This document shows, piece by piece, positions 35,262 to 52,090 of a stretch of 64,000 nt of DNA. The DNA lies in NCBI RefSeq assembly GCF_009914755.1, contig NC_060931.1. The stretch is one strand, 5' to 3'. A program made the translations under genes and the position numbers. Every line of letters starts with the position of its first letter. Positions within the stretch are counted from its first letter, which is position 1. The stretch is from the human T2T-CHM13v2.0 reference genome, Homo sapiens. Below the pieces are notes generated by a model that saw only the letters and a program-made list of their open reading frames with translations, was not told the origin of the DNA and ran no database searches.

Positions 35262-37199
35262 TGTGTATCTATAAGTATAGATATGTACACAAGAATAAGG
35301 ATGTGTAGCAAAGAAAGAACAGTATTTGCAAGGTGCTCAATGTATCATATGTTGCAATGTTCTTAAAATTGGTTTTATTGGCTTCTCAGTTAGCTTCTCT
35401 TCAACTTGTTCCTAGTGAACCACACTGCTTCAACAGAGTTGACAGCAGCAGACACCACATCCCATGGCAAAACTAAAGGGAGTTTCCCTTTCAGTAAGCA
35501 AAAAGAGTTGCATTATTAACATGCATCCCTATGGTCTGCGGAAAGTGGCTTCCAGTATTTCTGAACTTAAACTAGTCAAAGTTTATGCAATAGGAAAACC
35601 CAGGTCATTTTTGCCCTCAGAAAGACTGACGTGGGAAAATATTCCCATTGGCACCGCGAGTGACAACAAACAAACAATCAAACAAAGTGTTCTCATGGTT
35701 TTTAAATTAGGTGTACTTACTCTTTAACCAAAGTTTCTTTTCTGAAAGCAAGTTCTAGCAGCAGAGATGGTACAAGGTACACCACAAGGGCAGTCATAAC
35801 AATCCATATTGGCCTGGAGCCCAAGGCAGGAGTCATCAGGGACAGAATCATTGCCGCAGGTCCTTAGTTCCGTCTGTGCTCCGTGGAGTGTGGAGAAAAG
35901 TGTCTTCCAGATCAGCTGGTGGGGGCTGGGGAGAGGGGGGAGACGTGCACACCTGGAAACTAGGGCATCTTTATGGCCGTGAGCTCATTTTACCTCTTTT
36001 CTTTTTAAAGTCTAGATGAGGCATGAATATTATGAATTGGAAATTAGAAAGAGAGGAGAAGTCAAAGAAGGAGACTTTCAGTGTCAGTTGAGAAAAACTA
36101 CACCCAACATGCACTCATACACACACCAGTAAGATCTTGCCTAGGGCGTACTTCAAGAGCCTGGAAATTAGAGGGCACAAGCATGAGAAAGCGAAGGTGA
36201 AGGTCAGTGGCCCTAAATGAAGGACTAGGGAGAAATAGAAAGATCTTATTATCAAGTTCTTAGGTTTTGTTTTTCTCTTAGTGGGGTGGGAATGGGGGAG
36301 TGTGATTTAAAAAAGAAAGTAACACAGGTGCTATCTTAAATTACATGGATACTGTCAGTGCTGGAGGCGGAGGTGGTCTTTAGATCTAATGTAGAGCATG
36401 GGCTTTCAAATGCATTCCATGCAGCCCAAGAATTTTCTGAAGTTCCTCTAGGGCCATTTTCAGTGGCTAAAGCTCAGCTGTGGGCCACCCTTCTTCCGCT
36501 TCAACCTCAACAGCTCTACATTCATGTTTTTGATATTTGGAATGCACATAGTTTATTTGTGTGCCTGAAAAAGGTTTCCACTTCTTCAAAGAAAATATTT
36601 TTTAAAAACAACCAATTTAGTCCTAAGTTCAAAGAGACAGAATCTTCTAAAGCTACCTGTATTTACCTGTTGTCACTTTTTCCAGATCCGAAATAACTGA
36701 ATGGAGTCTTATTTTTTCCACTCTTTTGCTAATGGAAAGCCTACTTTGAGTACACAGGCTAAATCACATGAAAAGAAAAATCTCATGGGACTATCCAAAT
36801 CATGATGCAGTCTTCAGTATTATTCTGATATGAAGAAATACCGACTAATGCTTAAAAATTGGAAATGTCAAAATGACATATTTAAACTGTAAATTATCAC
36901 CTTTTCAGGAAATAGATTAATCCAGACCCTTAATTTTAATAACCTGTTTTGCCTTTGTTTTGATACATTTTTATAAAATAAATGAGTAGTAAATACTCTT
37001 TATTTAATTTAATGGAATCTTATATGAAACAAAGTCTTACAATGCCTCAGTCTTTGCTCCGAAATCAGTGTTCACTGTACTTATGTAGTTGTGAATATAG
37101 AAAATGTGATAAATTTGGCTGAATTTGTACTTTCCCTGTGTTACATTTTGCAAAATGACTCTTTAACTCATCCCCTAGCCCCAGCCTTGTGCGTTTATA

Positions 37200-38560
<1,361 letters not shown>

Positions 38561-38896
38561 GTCAGCTAATTTAACTTACTAGTGGTTCCCTAATCGATTT
38601 TTCTTATTAGTTCTCCTGCCCTGCCCTCTCAACGGTCAGCTATGCTCTCTATGACATCTTTTCTTTTTGGTAAACAAACCAAACACCACGTTTGCAGCTG
38701 AGTAGCTTTCTCAACTGAATTTCTGCTTCCTGCCTTAAAGAAACTGATGAATTAAGGGCCTTTTTTCATTTAGTGCCGTGTCTCTCTTTCTTTTTTTAAT
38801 GCAAACTGATGGTGTTTTCTCCAACAGAAGTCTCCGGAAAGGCCCTCTATGTAGCCTCTTGTCATCCCTGCACCGTGGCCACAGGGGAGTGGTCTA

Positions 38897-39316
<420 letters not shown>

Positions 39317-39425
39317 TTAATTTAAATAAACAAAGTAAAAAGCTAAGAAGAAGGAGACATATAGTCTTTTATATTAATCCACATATCTATCATTTCTGAT
39401 TTTCATATCTGCCTATGGATTTTAG

Positions 39426-39809
<384 letters not shown>

Positions 39810-40157
39810 TAGATCTTTTTAAAAAATGATTACTTTTCTGTTTGTCCCTGCAGTACATATTAATCTTTATGTGTCATTACCCTTGCAATATATTTTGATA
39901 ATTATCATTTCATGCAATTATCTTTTAAATCAGTTAAGAGAAGACATCATATTTAATTATGTAATTACCAGTGCTTGTTCTTTCTTTATATAAATTTGAG
40001 TTACTATCCAGTGTCATTTCCTTTCAGCTTAAAGTACTTATTTAGTATTTCTTGAAAGCCAGGTATGTTAGCAACACATTTGCTCAGCGTTTGTTCATCT
40101 GGGAATGGTGTTCATCTGGAATGTCTTTATTTCAGCATCATTTTTAAAACATAGTCT

Positions 40158-40450
40158 TGCCGGGCGCGGTGGCTCACTCCTGTAATCACAGCACTTTGGG
40201 AGGCCGAGGCGGGTGGATCACGAGGTCAGGAGATCAAGACCATCCTGGCTAACATGGTGAAACCCTGTCTGTACTAAAAATACAAAAATAAATTAGCCGG
40301 GTTTGGTGGCTACTCAGGAGGCTGAGGCAGGAGAATGGCGTGAACCCAGCAGGCGGAGGTTGCAGTGAGCAGAGATTGCGCCACTGCACTCCAGCCTGGG
40401 CGACAGAGCAAGACTCCATCTCAAAACAAACAAACAAACAAACAAAAAAA
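40158..40450 (+). mobile_element. Alu SINE (AluSc/Y-like) within old antisense L1M
   Basis: TSD aaaacatagtctt / aaaacataatctt; short right-arm deletion. Confidence 0.9.
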
Positions 40451-40469
40451 CATAATCTTTCTGGTTACT

Positions 40470-40706
40470 TCTGGGATTAGGGCAAATCAAGTGAGGCACT
40501 CACCTTGAGCACAAAATTTAAGGGAAACCAAAAATCTCAGTAATCAAAATAAATAAAAATGTTTTAATGCCATATTTAAAAATGAAAATGGATGCAATAA
40601 AACCTATGATGAACAAAATACCAAAATTTAAAATAGAGATAGGATCAATATTGCTGATTTTTCCTTTTGCCTCAGGCTCCAGTATGGATGGCATGACATG
40701 GCACTG
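40470..40706. mobile_element. hAT-type MITE (MER96-like)
   Basis: gtgaggcactcaccttgagcacaaaatttaagg...ccttttgcctcaggctcca...ggcactg; subfamily name from memory. Confidence 0.5.
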
Positions 40707-40781
40707 TTGGATAAAATTCTTCATTTTCTTTTAGAATTGTGAATTACGTTATCCCATTGCCTTTTGGTCACCACTATTTCT

Positions 40782-41076
40782 TTTTTTAATTAATTAATTA
40801 ATTTTTGAGACAGAGTCTCACTGTCACCCAGGCTGGAGTGCACTGGCGCGATCTCGGCTCACTGCAGCCTCTGCCTCCAGGGTTCCAGCAATTTTCCTGC
40901 CTCAGCCTCCTGAGTAGCTGAGAGTAGCCACCACACCTGGCTAATTTTTGTATTTTTAGTGGAGATGGGGTTTCACCATGTTGGCCAGGCTAGTCTCGAA
41001 CTCCTGACCTAGATGATCCACCAACCTTGGCCTCCCAAAGTGCTGGGATTACAGGCGTGAACCACCTCGCCCAGCC
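40782..41076 (-). mobile_element. Alu SINE (AluS-like)
   Basis: 17-bp TSD tggtcaccactatttct. Confidence 0.92.
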
Positions 41077-41327
41077 TGGTCACCACTATTTCTAATGACA
41101 AGTCCATTGATAATATTAATGTCGTTCCCTTGCACATAATGAATTTTTTTTCTTGCTACTTTTAAGGTTTTCTCCTTGTCTTTGGCTTTCAACGATTTGA
41201 TTCTGACATCTCTAGGTATGGATCTGTTTTCTATCTATCCCACTTGGAATTCTTTGACCTTCTTGGGTATATAGATGAATGTTTTTCATCATGTCTGGGA
41301 AACTTTTGGCTGTTATTTCTTCCAATA

Positions 41328-42541
41328 CAGTTGACCTTTGAACAATGCAGGGGTAAGGGGTACCAACCCCACACACAATAAAAAATCTGCATATGTTGAC
41401 TCCTCAAAAACTACTGTTGACCAGAAGCCTTACCTATAATATAAACTGTCAATTGATCATATTTTGTATTTTATGTGTATTATATACTGCATTCTTAAAG
41501 TAAGCTAGAGAAAAAATAAAATTATAAGGAAGAGAAATATATTTGTTATGCATCAAGTGAAAGTGGATTATCATAAAGGTCTTCATCCTCATCATCTTCA
41601 CATTGAGTAGGCTGAGGAGGAGGAGGAAGAGAAGGGCAAGGGTTGGTCTTGCTGTCTCAGGGTGGCTGAGCTAGAAGAGGTGAAGACGGGAGAAGGGGAG
41701 GCAGAGGAGGAAGGCACACTTTATGTAAGTTTATGGAAATACATCATAATTTCTGTTTCCTTTTTTATTTCTCTAAAAATGTTTCTACATGGTACCAATC
41801 CTTCTTCCACCTTTGCTTTAGTTTCAGTGCCTGTATCATGAAAGGGTACATGTTGTAAAATAAGTTAAAAGCAATCTTGATTAATCAGAACCCTTCTGCC
41901 AGATGGTCTCATGTCAATTTATTTTCTGACACTGCTTCTTCTACATCTTCTTCCTCATCATGTAAGCCTGGTTCGGAAGCACTTTTTTCCACCAACCTGC
42001 CTTCTGTTAACTCCTCTGGTGTGGTGTCTGTTCACTCTTGAATTTCCTTGAGATCCTTGTCTTGAAACTCTTCACTCACCACCTTTCTTTTTCTTTTCTT
42101 TTCTTTCCTTTTTTTTCTCTCTCTCTCTTTATTTCTTTGCGATAGCCACAATCTTTTTCATGATTTCCTTGATTGACTCTGTCATAAATCCTGTGAAATA
42201 ATACACTACATCTGGACACAGTTTTCTCCAGCAGGAATTTATTCCTTCAGGCCTGTTGGCTTTCCTGGCGTTTTCTATCACAATGATGACATCTTCAATG
42301 GTGTAATCATTTCAGACTTTCATGATGTTCTTTCTTTTGAAGTTCTCTTCCATAGCCTTAACAATCCTTTCCACAGAGTATGGTATGTAATGAGCCTTAA
42401 AGGTTCTTATGACTCCTAATCTACAGACTGAATTAGAGACATTGTGTTTGGGTCATGTAGACCCCTTCAGTGCTTTCAGTGTTGAACTCATGGGATTCTG
42501 GGTGGCCAGGAGCATTGTCCAATATCAAAAGAACTTTCAAA
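41328..42541 (-). mobile_element. Tigger2-like pogo DNA transposon, 3' part with decayed DDE transposase
   Basis: TA-cagttgacctttgaacaa terminus; minus strand gives KVLLILDNAPGHP and DYTIEDVIIVIE...INSCWRKLCPDVV with stops and frameshifts. Confidence 0.85.
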
Positions 42542-42551
42542 GTAGGTATGT

Positions 42552-43315
<764 letters not shown>

Positions 43316-44699
43316 CAATATCATACTTTCTTTAATTCTTTCATTACAAAGTTTCTGAGTTCTAAAAACATATATTGTAATAGTTGCTTTGAAGTCTTTA
43401 GCATCCAGTCCCCTCAAAATGGCTTCTATTGACTTTTTGCCCCTGTACATAGATCATACTTTCCTGTGTTTTTCTGTTTGTTGTTTTGTTTTTAATTTTG
43501 CTCTGTCATGAATTTTATTGACTTTCTGTTCTTACAGTGCCTCAGTAGCTTTGTTTGTTTGTTTGTTTCTTTTGAATAGCTGCTCCTCAAATTGCTGTGT
43601 GTCTGGTCAATTTCCACTCTTGAAATGATTGTTTTTGAAAATTTTTATCCAGTTTTATCATTGCATTTTGAGGTAAGTAGGTGCTAAGTGTCTCTCTCAG
43701 CCATTTGGAACTCCTGCTTCCTGCAAGACCCTTTAAGACCCAGCTTTTAAAGCCACACATCACTTCTGCCTCATTTTATTAGTCAAAGCAAGTCACAGGG
43801 CTGAGAATGGGAAAATAGCAGGAGAGATTCTGTGGCTAAATCAGTTTTTGCTATAATACTAAATACAAAATGATCTGTTTTGGATTTTGTTTTTTAATTA
43901 TGTAATCTTTCAGAGACTATTTTTTTAAAGAGATGAGGTCCAGGCTCGGGTAGAACTCCTGGCTCGAACTCATGAGTTCATGAGTTCAAGTGATCCTCCC
44001 ACCTCAGCTTTCTGAGTAGCTGGGATTATAGGGTTTTCAGAGGCTTTTATATGATAATGTCAACTATGTAGTGTCCCAAATATCTGTGACTGTGGATTCT
44101 TTTGTGGGGTTCCTAAGAGCAGGGATATATGTCTCTCATTTCCTGTTTGGCACACAGTGAGCACTGAAATATTGCTAAATGGAATATATGGAAATATTTT
44201 CATATAAGCTCTCACATGACTAGCATCCTCTGGCAAATGCTGGGACACATTGCATTACCACAGCTCCTTTCCCATAAACGAGCCTAACTTCCACCAATAA
44301 CATCTCTACATTCCCACTTAGGGTGAAAATTTTCCCTTGGTTCCTTTTCTCCCTACCCTGTGGAAGGGAAGAGTTTATATTTGTACTTAGGAATGCAATC
44401 TCCGTAGTTTAAAGGCAGAGAAACAGTGGAATTGACAGGAAGTACAACTGGAATTTTAAAGAGATCATTTCTAGTTTGGGCTTCCAAGCTGTTCTTCATA
44501 GCACTAGTAGGATTTAAGCTGAATTTTGATGTTACAGTGGGAGTTCAGCAGCAGAGACAAGTGAGAAAGTAAAAGCAGTCAAAAAGGAAAGGCAACAAGT
44601 CAGAAAAGCATAGTGGGGACAAGAAAATTAGTTTGTAGGGGAAGTTTATATGAAGAGGCTAGCTAGATATCACTGAGGAAAACCCATACGGAAGAAAAG

Positions 44700-45200
44700 G
44701 AAAAATAGCCATGATAGGCATTATGAAGGAGAAATTACCTGGTGACTTTTTGGATACAGATGGTGAAAGAAAGAGTTAACTCAACTATACACTTGGGTAT
44801 ATGAAAGATATTGCAGAAATCCAGGAAAGAGAAGATAAGGATCAGATAGGAAAAGTGATTTCAGGATAGAGAAGAGAGGACACAATGGAGAAAATAGTTT
44901 GGAGGTAAAGTAGTCAAGATTTGACGATTGATTGACTCTGAGGAAGGATGAGTTAAAGTTATGGGTCTAAGATACCCCAGCTAGCCTTCACCTCAATTGA
45001 TATTGGGAATAGTTTGGAAGTTGCCAGGTTAGAAGGGAAGGTCGTAAGTTCAGTGTCAGATGTGTTGATGGCTTGTCAGACATCTAGGAAGAGATGACTA
45101 GTAGGCACTTGCATAAGTAAGTCTGAAGCACAAGGTTAGAGCTTGTAATAAAGATTAAGGAATTGAGTGGAAACATTGGTGAGATAATCATCATTGAGAG
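44700..45200 (-). mobile_element. L2 fragment
   Basis: Purine-rich degenerate L2 (ttggaggtaaagtagtcaagatttgacgattgatt, aagttcagtgtcagatgtgttga). Confidence 0.55.
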
Positions 45201-45340
45201 AGAGAGAGAGTGTGTGTGTGGGATGTGTTCTTACGTGCATGGATGTGTATGTGTACTCAAGCACATGTAGTTTTGATCTTGAAATGTTTGTTGTATGTCA
45301 GTTTGTTCATTATATTCTTGATTGGTATGCTGGGCTATTA

Positions 45341-45670
<330 letters not shown>

Positions 45671-47363
45671 GAATACATTTTCTTTTTGGTCTTCTTTACT
45701 TGTTGCAGGAGGCTAAGTAAATTTCTTTTATTTTGGAAGCAAGAAAACAAAAAGAAATTTTACTTGACCTTGAATATCTTCCACATAGAAAAACAGCAAT
45801 TGGAAAATAAAGTTAAATAACTAACTGATTCATTCAAACCACCATAAAAATACATAGAGGTCTGAACAATTTAGAGGGGTTGTTTTTCACCCATCTTCTC
45901 CGCTACGTAATTTTGGAGCCCTTTATTTAGTCTATATAGACTCCTAGCAATTGTGACTACCTGTCCTGAATCAGAAGCTCTGTATTTAAGGATTTCACCC
46001 AAAACTTGCTGTTTATTTTGCTGGTTCAACTTATAAAATTGCTCAACACAGCCGGAGAGTCTTCACTGGAAATAGTGCATGATTTATGAGATAATTAGGT
46101 ACCTTTTTTGGTTTTGTTTTTAGAGTCGATTCAGAGTGATCCAAGCCATAGCTTGTGGCATCGCCCCTTCTCCTTCATTTTTCTCTAAAGTCACCTTGAT
46201 CTGATCCACTCAGAGATGCCAGAAAAATGCTCTTCCCTTTTGGTAATGACTAAATTGCATAGACTATCATTTTATTGTGCTAGGTCTAGTAAGTGACCTA
46301 TTAATGTGGCATAGGGAGGCCCTTGTGGGGAAGTGGTTTACTCCAACACATTTGCCTGGTGTGATAATTATTCAGGACATACCCACGAGTCACTCCTGAA
46401 TATATTGTGCTATTAGTCAGCCTTTTTCTCTTAATTTGCAACACAAGTCATCTGATTGTAATCACTGAATAAAACCTTCCCAAAGAAGTTGTGATCTAGA
46501 ATTGTTTTGTATAATAATAATAAATATCTCTTATTTCTTGTTTTCAACTTTGCATACACTTAGAAAAGTTTAGGGCCGACTGATGGAATTTAGGATATAT
46601 AAAAAGGAGCTTTTGAGTTATTTTGAAGTTAATGAGAAAAAGAACAGGTTACCATTTTAAAAATGCTTATATTGCCTATAGTGTATATACACCAAGTAAT
46701 TTTGTTCCAGTATATATTGCAGTCAAATGACAGAATTTGAAAGATTTCAGATTGTGAAAGTGCTATGTCAGAAAGCACAGTTAGCATTCTAGATTTATAA
46801 GATGTAGAATGAGGTATATCCTAACCGGATTATGTAAATTTTAAGGAAGTTTCAAATATATTACTACATGTAATCTACCCCTTCTCACTTCCCTGTAATG
46901 CTGTGAAGAGGCCACACATGCTCTGGTAACCAGGTTTTACAGATGAGGACACTAACAGACTGAGGTTTTGTGACTTTGTCAAGATCACACTTAAGTGGCT
47001 GAAGTAGGATTAGAATGTAAGAATTTTTGCTCTTAGGAAAGGGTTTTCCCCATGAAATCATATTGGTTCTGAACTTTAAAAAAGAAAAAGAAAATAAACA
47101 TTATATAGCTCTTCTGGTTGATGAATGTCACTGTATCTATATCTGCTTCACTGTGATTGAGTTAGACTTGCTGTGATTGACATTTGCTGAGAGGACCACT
47201 GAGCTGGACCAAACACACTGCACAGAGAAATCTCCCACACTGTTCTGTTCCATGTCCATTGGCATGCTCAGGAATATGCTAATTTAGGAAGGTAGTTTTT
47301 GCCTACAATCAAGCAGAATGTCTTTTGAAGAGAGAAGGTGAGAAAATGATTGAAAATTCTTTT

Positions 47364-47383
47364 CTTTCCTGGGTTCTTAGGAT

Positions 47384-47425
<42 letters not shown>

Positions 47426-47449
47426 TATAATCCTAAGAACCCAGGAAAG
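47364..47449. repeat. Perfect 24-bp inverted repeat enclosing (CA)n
   Basis: ctttcctgggttcttaggattata (47364-47387) / tataatcctaagaacccaggaaag (47426-47449). Confidence 0.95.
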
Positions 47450-47454
47450 GATTT

Positions 47455-47892
47455 TATATATATATATATATATACACACCACACACACACATATACACAC
47501 ACATATATATACACATATATAATACACATATACATACACATATATACATATATACATACATATATACACACATATATAATATACACACACACACATACAT
47601 ATATACACACATATATACACACATATATACATATATACACATATATACACATATACACATATATTCACATATATACACATATATACATATATACACATAT
47701 GTACACACATATACACTCATATACACAAATATACGCATATACATATATACACACACATATATACATATACACACATATACACATATATACATATATACAC
47801 ATATATACATATATACACATATATACATATATACACATATATACATATATACACATATATATACATATATATATGTGTGTATATATATATAT
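47455..47892. repeat. TA/CA low-complexity tract with ~18-bp periodicity
   Basis: Recurrent atatacacatatatacat units. Confidence 0.9.
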
Positions 47893-48387
47893 TCTAGCAT
47901 CCAGCCAAGAGTAAAATAGAGTATTTGAAAATATATCCCATGACTATAGCTTAGGAAAGTGTGATTCCACTCCCTCCTTCCTCTCACCTCCCACACATGA
48001 TGTGTGTGGTGTGCGCATGCATGCGCACTCACACACACCCATCTTCTCAAATTAGTTAGCTGGCCTATTTCTGAGGTCTGACTCACATGAGACATTCTTG
48101 TGGGGAGTGACTTTTCCTTTTCCTCTGCCTCTGGAAGACATCAGAAGCCAGAAGAATTCAGAAGAAAAGGGCAGCTGACTGAACATGGGGTTGGAGCCTG
48201 GTGGATCTTATTATAAAACTTTCATACTCTGGGAAAGTATACAGTCTTGTTTAGAGTCTGATATTTGCCATTAACTACAATCTGCAAGATGTTTAGAAAC
48301 TTCAATTGACTAAACTGTTAATGTCACAAAACTAATCAGTGATTGTTCTACTGCAGAATGAATTCTTAATTTGAGGCTTTTCTTGGG

Positions 48388-48919
48388 TAACTTTATTGTG
48401 ACATAATTTCAAATTCATAGGAAAGTTATAAGAATTGTACTAGGAATTCCTACAAATACTTAACCTAGATTCACCAACTGTTTACATTTTAGCCTGTACC
48501 CCTTCCCCTTCCTTTCCAGAGCACATGGAAACATCCTCTCCCTTTACCCCTTAACATCAGAGCATATTTCTTAAGTACGGGGGTATTCTCTAAAATAACC
48601 ATAGTACGCCATCAAAATCATGAAATTCAACATTGATACAATTATGCAATTCACAGTCTGTAATAGAATTTTATTAACTAACCTAATGATGTCTTTTTGA
48701 ATGTTTTTTTTCCCCAGTGCAGTACCCAGTCTGGAATGCTGCATTGCACTTAGCGTCATGCCCTTTTAGACTCCTTTAAACTGAAACCAGTCCCTTAGTC
48801 CTTCTTTGTCTTTCTAAAGTTAATATTTTTTGAAGAATACAGGCCAGCTACTTTGAGAATGTCCCTCAGTTTTAGTTTGTCTGATTTTCCTCATGATTTA
48901 AAAATGCAAGTTAAGCTTT

Positions 48920-48950
<31 letters not shown>

Positions 48951-49400
48951 CAGGACTATCACAGAAGTGATGTGTCTCTCTCAGGAAATCACATTAGAGA
49001 CACATTGTGCTGGTTTGAACTATTATTACTCATGCTTCCTTTGATAGCTTGCTTAAGGTAGTGTCCAACAAGTGTCTCCATTGTAAAGTTACAATGTTTC
49101 TCTTTAGGTAACTTTCAGGGAGTTGTTTTTGAAACCTTGCAAATATCCCTTCCTCACCAAATTTTCACCCCCTTGTTTTGGCATCCACTGATGATTTTTT
49201 TTAAATCAATTTTCCCTTCAAATATTTTTAGTGGGCAATCTACTGGAAGGAAGAACTTTCCCTTCTCACCCATTTATTTATTCATTTAAAAAAATCAGAG
49301 TAAGGACTCAGAGATTATTAATTTATTCAATGAGTTATAATCCCATTGTTTATTTTGATGTTCCAATACTCCCATATTTGGCCAAAGGCAGTCAAATCCT
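48388..49400 (-). mobile_element. L1MC/ME-like 3' end, containing (TTG)n at ~48918-48950
   Basis: cataatttcaaattcataggaaagtt...acctagattcacca. Confidence 0.65.
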
Positions 49401-49439
49401 GGACTGTAATAAATCCTTGAACCAAAAATAAAATGCATG

Positions 49440-50697
49440 CTCTTCTCATGATCTCTGATATTTTCCTGATCTGGCCTCTGCTGACCTCATGTCAGATTCA
49501 TCTCTGGCTCCAGTCCCTCTGGTTCTGTGTTCTTTAGCCACACTGGACACCTTTCGATTGCTCAACCACATCAGGTTCTTTTTCATCTTAGGGACTTTGC
49601 ACTTATGGTTCCTTCTACTTGAACATATTTTCCTGAATCTCCACTTGCCTGGCTTTTTCTCATTATTCAGATCTTGGCAAACCAAGAGATTGTGATTACT
49701 CTACCTAATGTTGCTTACCACATTTCCTAGTCATTCTCTGTCTCCTCCAGTGTTTTATTTTCTATATAGCTATCATCACTCTCCTAAATTATTTATTTGT
49801 GTGTCTCTTGTCTAACACCCTGTAAGCAGTCTGGAATCTTATCTATACGTGTAACCGCCCAATGGGTTCACCATGCCCACTGCCTAGACAGAGCCGATTT
49901 TATCAAGATGGGGGGGAATTGAAACGGAGAAAGAGTAATTCACACAGAGCTGGCTATGCAGGAGACCAGAATTTTATTATTACTCAACTTTGTCTCCCCG
50001 AGTATTTGGGGATCAGAGTTTTTAAGATAATTTGGCGGGCAGGGGCTTGGGAAGTGGGGAGTGCTCATTGGTCAAGTTGGAGACGGAGTCATACAGGGTT
50101 GAAGTGAGTTTTTCTTGGTGTTTTCTGTTCCTGGGTGGGATGGCAGAACTGGTTGAGCCCGATTACTGGTCTGGGTGGTGTTAGCTGATCCAACAAGTAC
50201 AGAGTCTGCAAAATATCTCAATCACTAATATTAGGTTTTACAGTAGTAATGTTATCCCTATGAGGAATTTGAGGAGGTTGAGACTCTTGCAGCCAGAGGC
50301 TGCATGACCCCTAAACTGTAATTTCTAATCTTGTAGCTAATTTGTTAGTCCCACAAAGGCAGAGTGGTCCCCAGGGAAGAAGGAGGTCTTTTCAGGAAAG
50401 GGCTATTATCAATTTTGTTTCAGAGTCAAACCATGAACCAAATTCCTTCCCAAAATTAGTTCAGCCTATGCTCAGGAATGAACAAGTACAGCTTAAAGGT
50501 TAAAAGCAAGATGGAGTTGGTTAGGTTTGACTTTTTTCACTCTCATAATTTCCTCTGTTATAATTTTGCAAAGGCGGTTTCATACAGCAGCTAGGAAAAT
50601 GTCTGCAAATGTGTATATGCATGCATAGGTGCTTGTGTGTGCATGTGTGTGTGTGTGGAAGGGGCTCAATTAATATTTCTTGGATGAATGGATGATG
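49440..50697 (+). mobile_element. L2 3' fragment interrupted by LTR8
   Basis: cttagggactttgcactt...; ends gctcaattaatatttcttggatgaatggatga. Confidence 0.6.
49850..50582 (-). mobile_element. LTR8-like (ERV1) solo LTR
   Basis: Termini tgtaaccgcccaatgggttcacc / ttttgcaaaggcggtttca; 4-bp TSD tacg/taca. Confidence 0.85.
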
Positions 50698-51024
50698 TAA
50701 TAATTTAGCCTGATATTCTTTATGATATGTCTTTCTTAGTTTTAAGAATCCTGAAGGACAAAATTTTTCCTTACACAAATTATTAATGAATAGAAATTAC
50801 CATTTCTTTACTTTTATACTTTTTACTTTGCTTCATTTTCTAATAAGCAAATATACACTATTCTCTTACTGCAATATGTTTGCATGTAAAAAGTGTATGC
50901 TTATTGATATTTTTGAGCAATTACTCAGAAAATAATATTTTCACCTTGAAATTATGAAAATACTAAACATTAATATTTTAGTTTACACAAACATATGCCT
51001 AGTTAGAGCCATAAAAAAAATGCT

Positions 51025-51345
<321 letters not shown>

Positions 51346-51679
51346 TTAAGAGTATTAAACTAGGACAAAGGTTACTTGACCTAGGAGATTACTCAGCACT
51401 GCCTCTACACGGAAATGAAACTGGGGGTTTTGTCTCTGGTGTAACATAAATAACAAAGAATGAGCCATTAGGGACAGGGACTGGGGACTCTGGAATAAAC
51501 TCCACTCTGTGACAGAGGACAGCTGTTCACTTCCCATAAGGGCAGTTAGACACAAGCTTTTAAGTTTGGCTTTGTGTTTACTTGTTGCTCAATGGGCTTG
51601 GGGTGGAGAGAGTACTAGTTCATAATTGGATTTATTTTTGCTCCTCCACAGATTTTTAGTTGTGGCACCAAAATAGCTG

Positions 51680-51714
51680 TTAGGTTGGTGCAAAAGTCAC
51701 TGCAGTTTTTGACA
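51680..51714. mobile_element. Half MADE1 / Hsmar1 terminal inverted repeat
   Basis: ttaggttggtgcaaaagtcactgcagtttttg resembles the Hsmar1 TIR; only one arm present. Confidence 0.7.
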
Positions 51715-51949
51715 AATAAATATGTGAATGAAATATCTGAAGCAATCTGTCTCAGGATTTTTAAAAAATTTGTTAACCTAAAAATTCCAGGAAAACCTTT
51801 GACAAATATTTGATCGTTTTCTAGATGGTACCTCATTTTTAGAAATGTAATTGTTATAATTGCATAGCTGATTTTTTTCCCCTAGGAATAGAGACATAGG
51901 GGTTGTCAGAAGAGGCAGCATGCATTTTGTTTGTGTGTTTGTTTCTAAG

Positions 51950-52090
51950 GAGCTTAGCAGCCACCGATCATGAACCGACAGATGCCAGGAAATCCTTTCC
52001 TTGTTTTGATGAGTGCAACAAAAAGGCAACTTATACAATATCTTTCACCCATCCCAAAGGATCTGAGGCATTTCAAATATGCCAGTGGCG
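51950..52090 (+). pseudogene. ENPEP (glutamyl aminopeptidase/aminopeptidase A)-like pseudo-exon equivalent to ENPEP exon 2, frameshifted
   Basis: ttctaAG|G...GCG|GTAAGT; translates [40 protein letters not shown], then -1 shift to SNMPVA; [17 protein letters not shown] is the ENPEP version of the M1 aminopeptidase motif. Confidence 0.93.

Noticed and set aside
35464-35727. 87-aa ATG-initiated ORF as a possible ENPEP exon 1
   Set aside because: No transmembrane anchor or RLP..V.P.HYDL motif; no similarity recognised
46369-46402. 9-bp stem tattcagga / tcctgaata
   Set aside because: Short enough to occur by chance in 64 kb
47309-48095. ORFs up to 213 aa rich in Y/I/C/V/H/T
   Set aside because: Stop-free reading of TA/CA repeats
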